Source: Lama guanicoe
Lineage: Eukaryota
Direction: 5' to 3'
NCBI GenBank assembly: GCA_013239625.1
Contig: MU054391.1
Coordinates: 3,067,130-3,131,129 of the forward strand
DNA length: 64,000 nt
The notes under the pieces were generated by a model. The model had not been told where the DNA came from. It searched no databases and was given only the letters and a program-made list of their open reading frames with translations. Position 1 is the stretch's first letter. Every line of letters starts with the position of its first letter. This document shows, in pieces, positions 61,870 to 64,000 of this stretch. The position numbers and the translations under genes were made by a program.

Positions 61870-62530
61870 TTGTAGGATGGGCTCACTTCTGGAATATGCA
61901 TTCCAGTCCTCAGTTAACTGCACAAATAATCAGGACCCATGTTTTCCACTGGTGATGTTGTGCATAACGAGGGGGGAGTCAAGGCCAGAGCACTAGCTGC
62001 TCTTGCCAAAAGGGTTGAATGTGAGGAGCATCGGTGCAGCCAAAGCAGCAGATCAAGGGCCCTGGCCCGGCCCCCCCTTCTGGAAGGCTTCGGGAGGAGG
62101 AGGCCTAAATCGGGGATCTGGAAACGTGGGTGACCTGGAAACCAAGAGGCTAGGAGCAGCATCAGCTGCTGAAGACAGACCTGGGAATGATGAGCTCAGG
62201 AAAGCTCACCACTTCCGTAGCTCAGTGGAAGGACTCCCGGCCGGGTCAGCACGGGGAGGCGGTGAACTCTGAGTGGGAGTTCCTGGTGTGTTCTGAGCAC
62301 TGAGATCCAGGCCTGGTGGTCGACTTAAAATAATGGGTGATTGTACGAAGATGTAGGCACTTAACTCGGGGGACCGGGAAGTGAGGAGATAGAAACATCT
62401 CGCGATAATCAGGCGGGGTGGCAAAGCTGAACTTCTAACACAAACAGCGAAGACTGTTCTCTAACAGCTGTTAGGACGGGCTCCGCCAACTCCTGGAGCT
62501 GAGTCTCACGTCACCGCAAGATCTCCACAC
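61870..62530 (+). mobile_element. Highly degraded L3/CR1 LINE remnant
   Basis: cacttctggaatatgcattccagtcct (an LEY-like CR1 ORF2 block) and a 3'-end-like ctctaacagctgtt...tgagtctcacgtcacc. Confidence 0.35.
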
Positions 62531-62545
62531 TCGAATGCGTGCGCA

Positions 62546-63022
62546 CACATAGCCCCCGACTTAGGACGGCTACTTTTTGACTTTATGATGATGTGAAAGC
62601 CATAAGCATTCAGTAGAAAGTGTACACCAGATTCTGAATGCTGGGCCTTTTCCAGGCTGTACGCTGCAAGATGCTCTCTGGTGGTGGTGGGCGGTAGCCG
62701 CCATTGCAGCCCCCATCAGCCACATGATCACACTCACAACCATTCTGCACCCGGACAACTGCTCTGCCTTACACTTTCAGTGCGGTATTCAATCAACGAC
62801 ATGAGATCGTCAACACTTAATTATGAAACAGGCCTTGTGTTAGGCGGTTTGACCCAGCGGAAGGTCAGTGTAAGTGTTCTGAGCATGTGTAAGGTAAGCT
62901 AGGCTAGGCTATGGTGTTGGGTAGGTTAGATGTGTTATACGCATTTTTCAACTTACAATATTTTCAACTTCTGATGGGTTTATCAGGTTTATGTAACCCC
63001 ATCATAAGGAGAGGAAGATCGG
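62546..63022 (-). mobile_element. Tigger5/MER47-type TcMar DNA transposon
   Basis: Degenerate TIRs (cacatagcccccgacttagga / accccatcataaggagaggaagatcgg) followed by TA; internal taagtgttctgagcatgtgtaaggtaagctaggctaggctatg. Confidence 0.85.
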
Positions 63023-63030
63023 TATGTCAG

Positions 63031-63256
63031 ATAATATATATTATATATGTAAAACATACATGTGATTATATATTATATAACATGGGGATACATGTAACAT
63101 ATAGCATATATTTATTTATGTATTTTAATATATACAAAATAAATACATGTTTATATATTACATGTATTATATATTTATTGATCATATTTTATATACTATG
63201 TATACGTTATTATACTATGTATAGCATATGTTATAATTATATATAATATATATTAA
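63031..63256. repeat. (TA)-rich low-complexity tract
   Basis: About 225 nt of degenerate TA repeats next to the transposon end. Confidence 0.95.
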
Positions 63257-63504
63257 AAATTTTTCTTAAATCTCCGATTCCAGAAACAAGAATAGCCAGC
63301 CTTCTCTTTGGACCCAGCAGGCTTGTTAACCAATTAGCATACGTACACTGAGGGGAGGGCGGTAGGCTTCATGGAAAGAGAGACGTCGGGCAGAGAGGCA
63401 GAGCGAGGAGGAGCCCCGTCCCGTCGGCCAGGGCAGGGGTGCCCTGCCGTGTGGACAGGATAACGCAGTGATTAGGAGTCTGCCTTTTGGAAAGAAGCTA
63501 ATGA

Positions 63505-63680
63505 GATTTCTCAGTCTGGGTCTGCCACTTATTAACCGGCCACTATCGGGCAAGGTGCGTAGCCTGTCTTTATCCTTATCTGCAGAATGAGAATAGTAAC
63601 TCCCCCATTCCACACCACTGCTGAGAAGACAAAACAGTTGATGTACAAGAAGGGGAAGAGCTGTGTTAGTACCACGTCTA
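63505..63680 (+). mobile_element. MIR SINE
   Basis: gtctgggtctgccacttattaacc...gggcaaggtg...ccttatctgcagaatgagaatagtaac. Confidence 0.6.
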
Positions 63681-64000
63681 GTACAAAGTCACTTTGCGCT
63701 GAACGTCAGCTGTAACTCTTCCTGTGTCATCTGCCTTTCACGTGAAAGAAGCTGAAGGAAGCGGCTGTTCCGGACTTAGATGCTACGGCCTGTGAACCAT
63801 CCACTGACCCCTCGTGCTGAGCTTCCATTCTCACGAAGACAGCTTCTGATTTTGCTTCCTACATAGCTCAGCCTGTAGAAAATGAATTCACATTCGCACT
63901 GAAATGAACATTCTAGTCTGCGGGACACAGATTTCCCATTAAAAATGAACATACTGACATTATGGATCAGGCATTAAGAATCGAGTCAGCATCGTTGAAT

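Overview
This is mammalian non-coding genomic DNA, most likely camelid (camel/alpaca/llama). The taxon call rests on two tRNA-Ala(AGC)-derived SINEs, one with the camelid Vic-1-type tail, and on artiodactyl-type L1 3' ends; repeat families were recognised from memory and no search was run. I cannot recognise any protein-coding gene. The long ORFs in the track are stop-poor frames in GC-rich DNA, frames running across the N gap, or repeat remnants; the only recognisable coding sequence is L1 ORF2-derived. The window contains old and young interspersed repeats (L1, L2, L3, MIR, MaLR/ERV LTRs, MER20, Tigger5/MER47), CpG islands at about 19.3-20.7 kb (with a 529-nt gap) and 24.8-25.4 kb, several motif-dense blocks that look like developmental enhancers, and candidate exons of probable non-coding transcripts. 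The best leads are: a solo LTR with seven CCAAT boxes and a TATA box pointing into a chain of minus-strand candidate exons; a Pbx-Hox/Meis site cluster; a strong AT-to-GC skew in one old L1; a twin-primed inverted L1; and a tail-less internal L1 ORF2 fragment. I see no convincing evidence of a wholly new biological system; these leads are regulatory or evolutionary and need testing.
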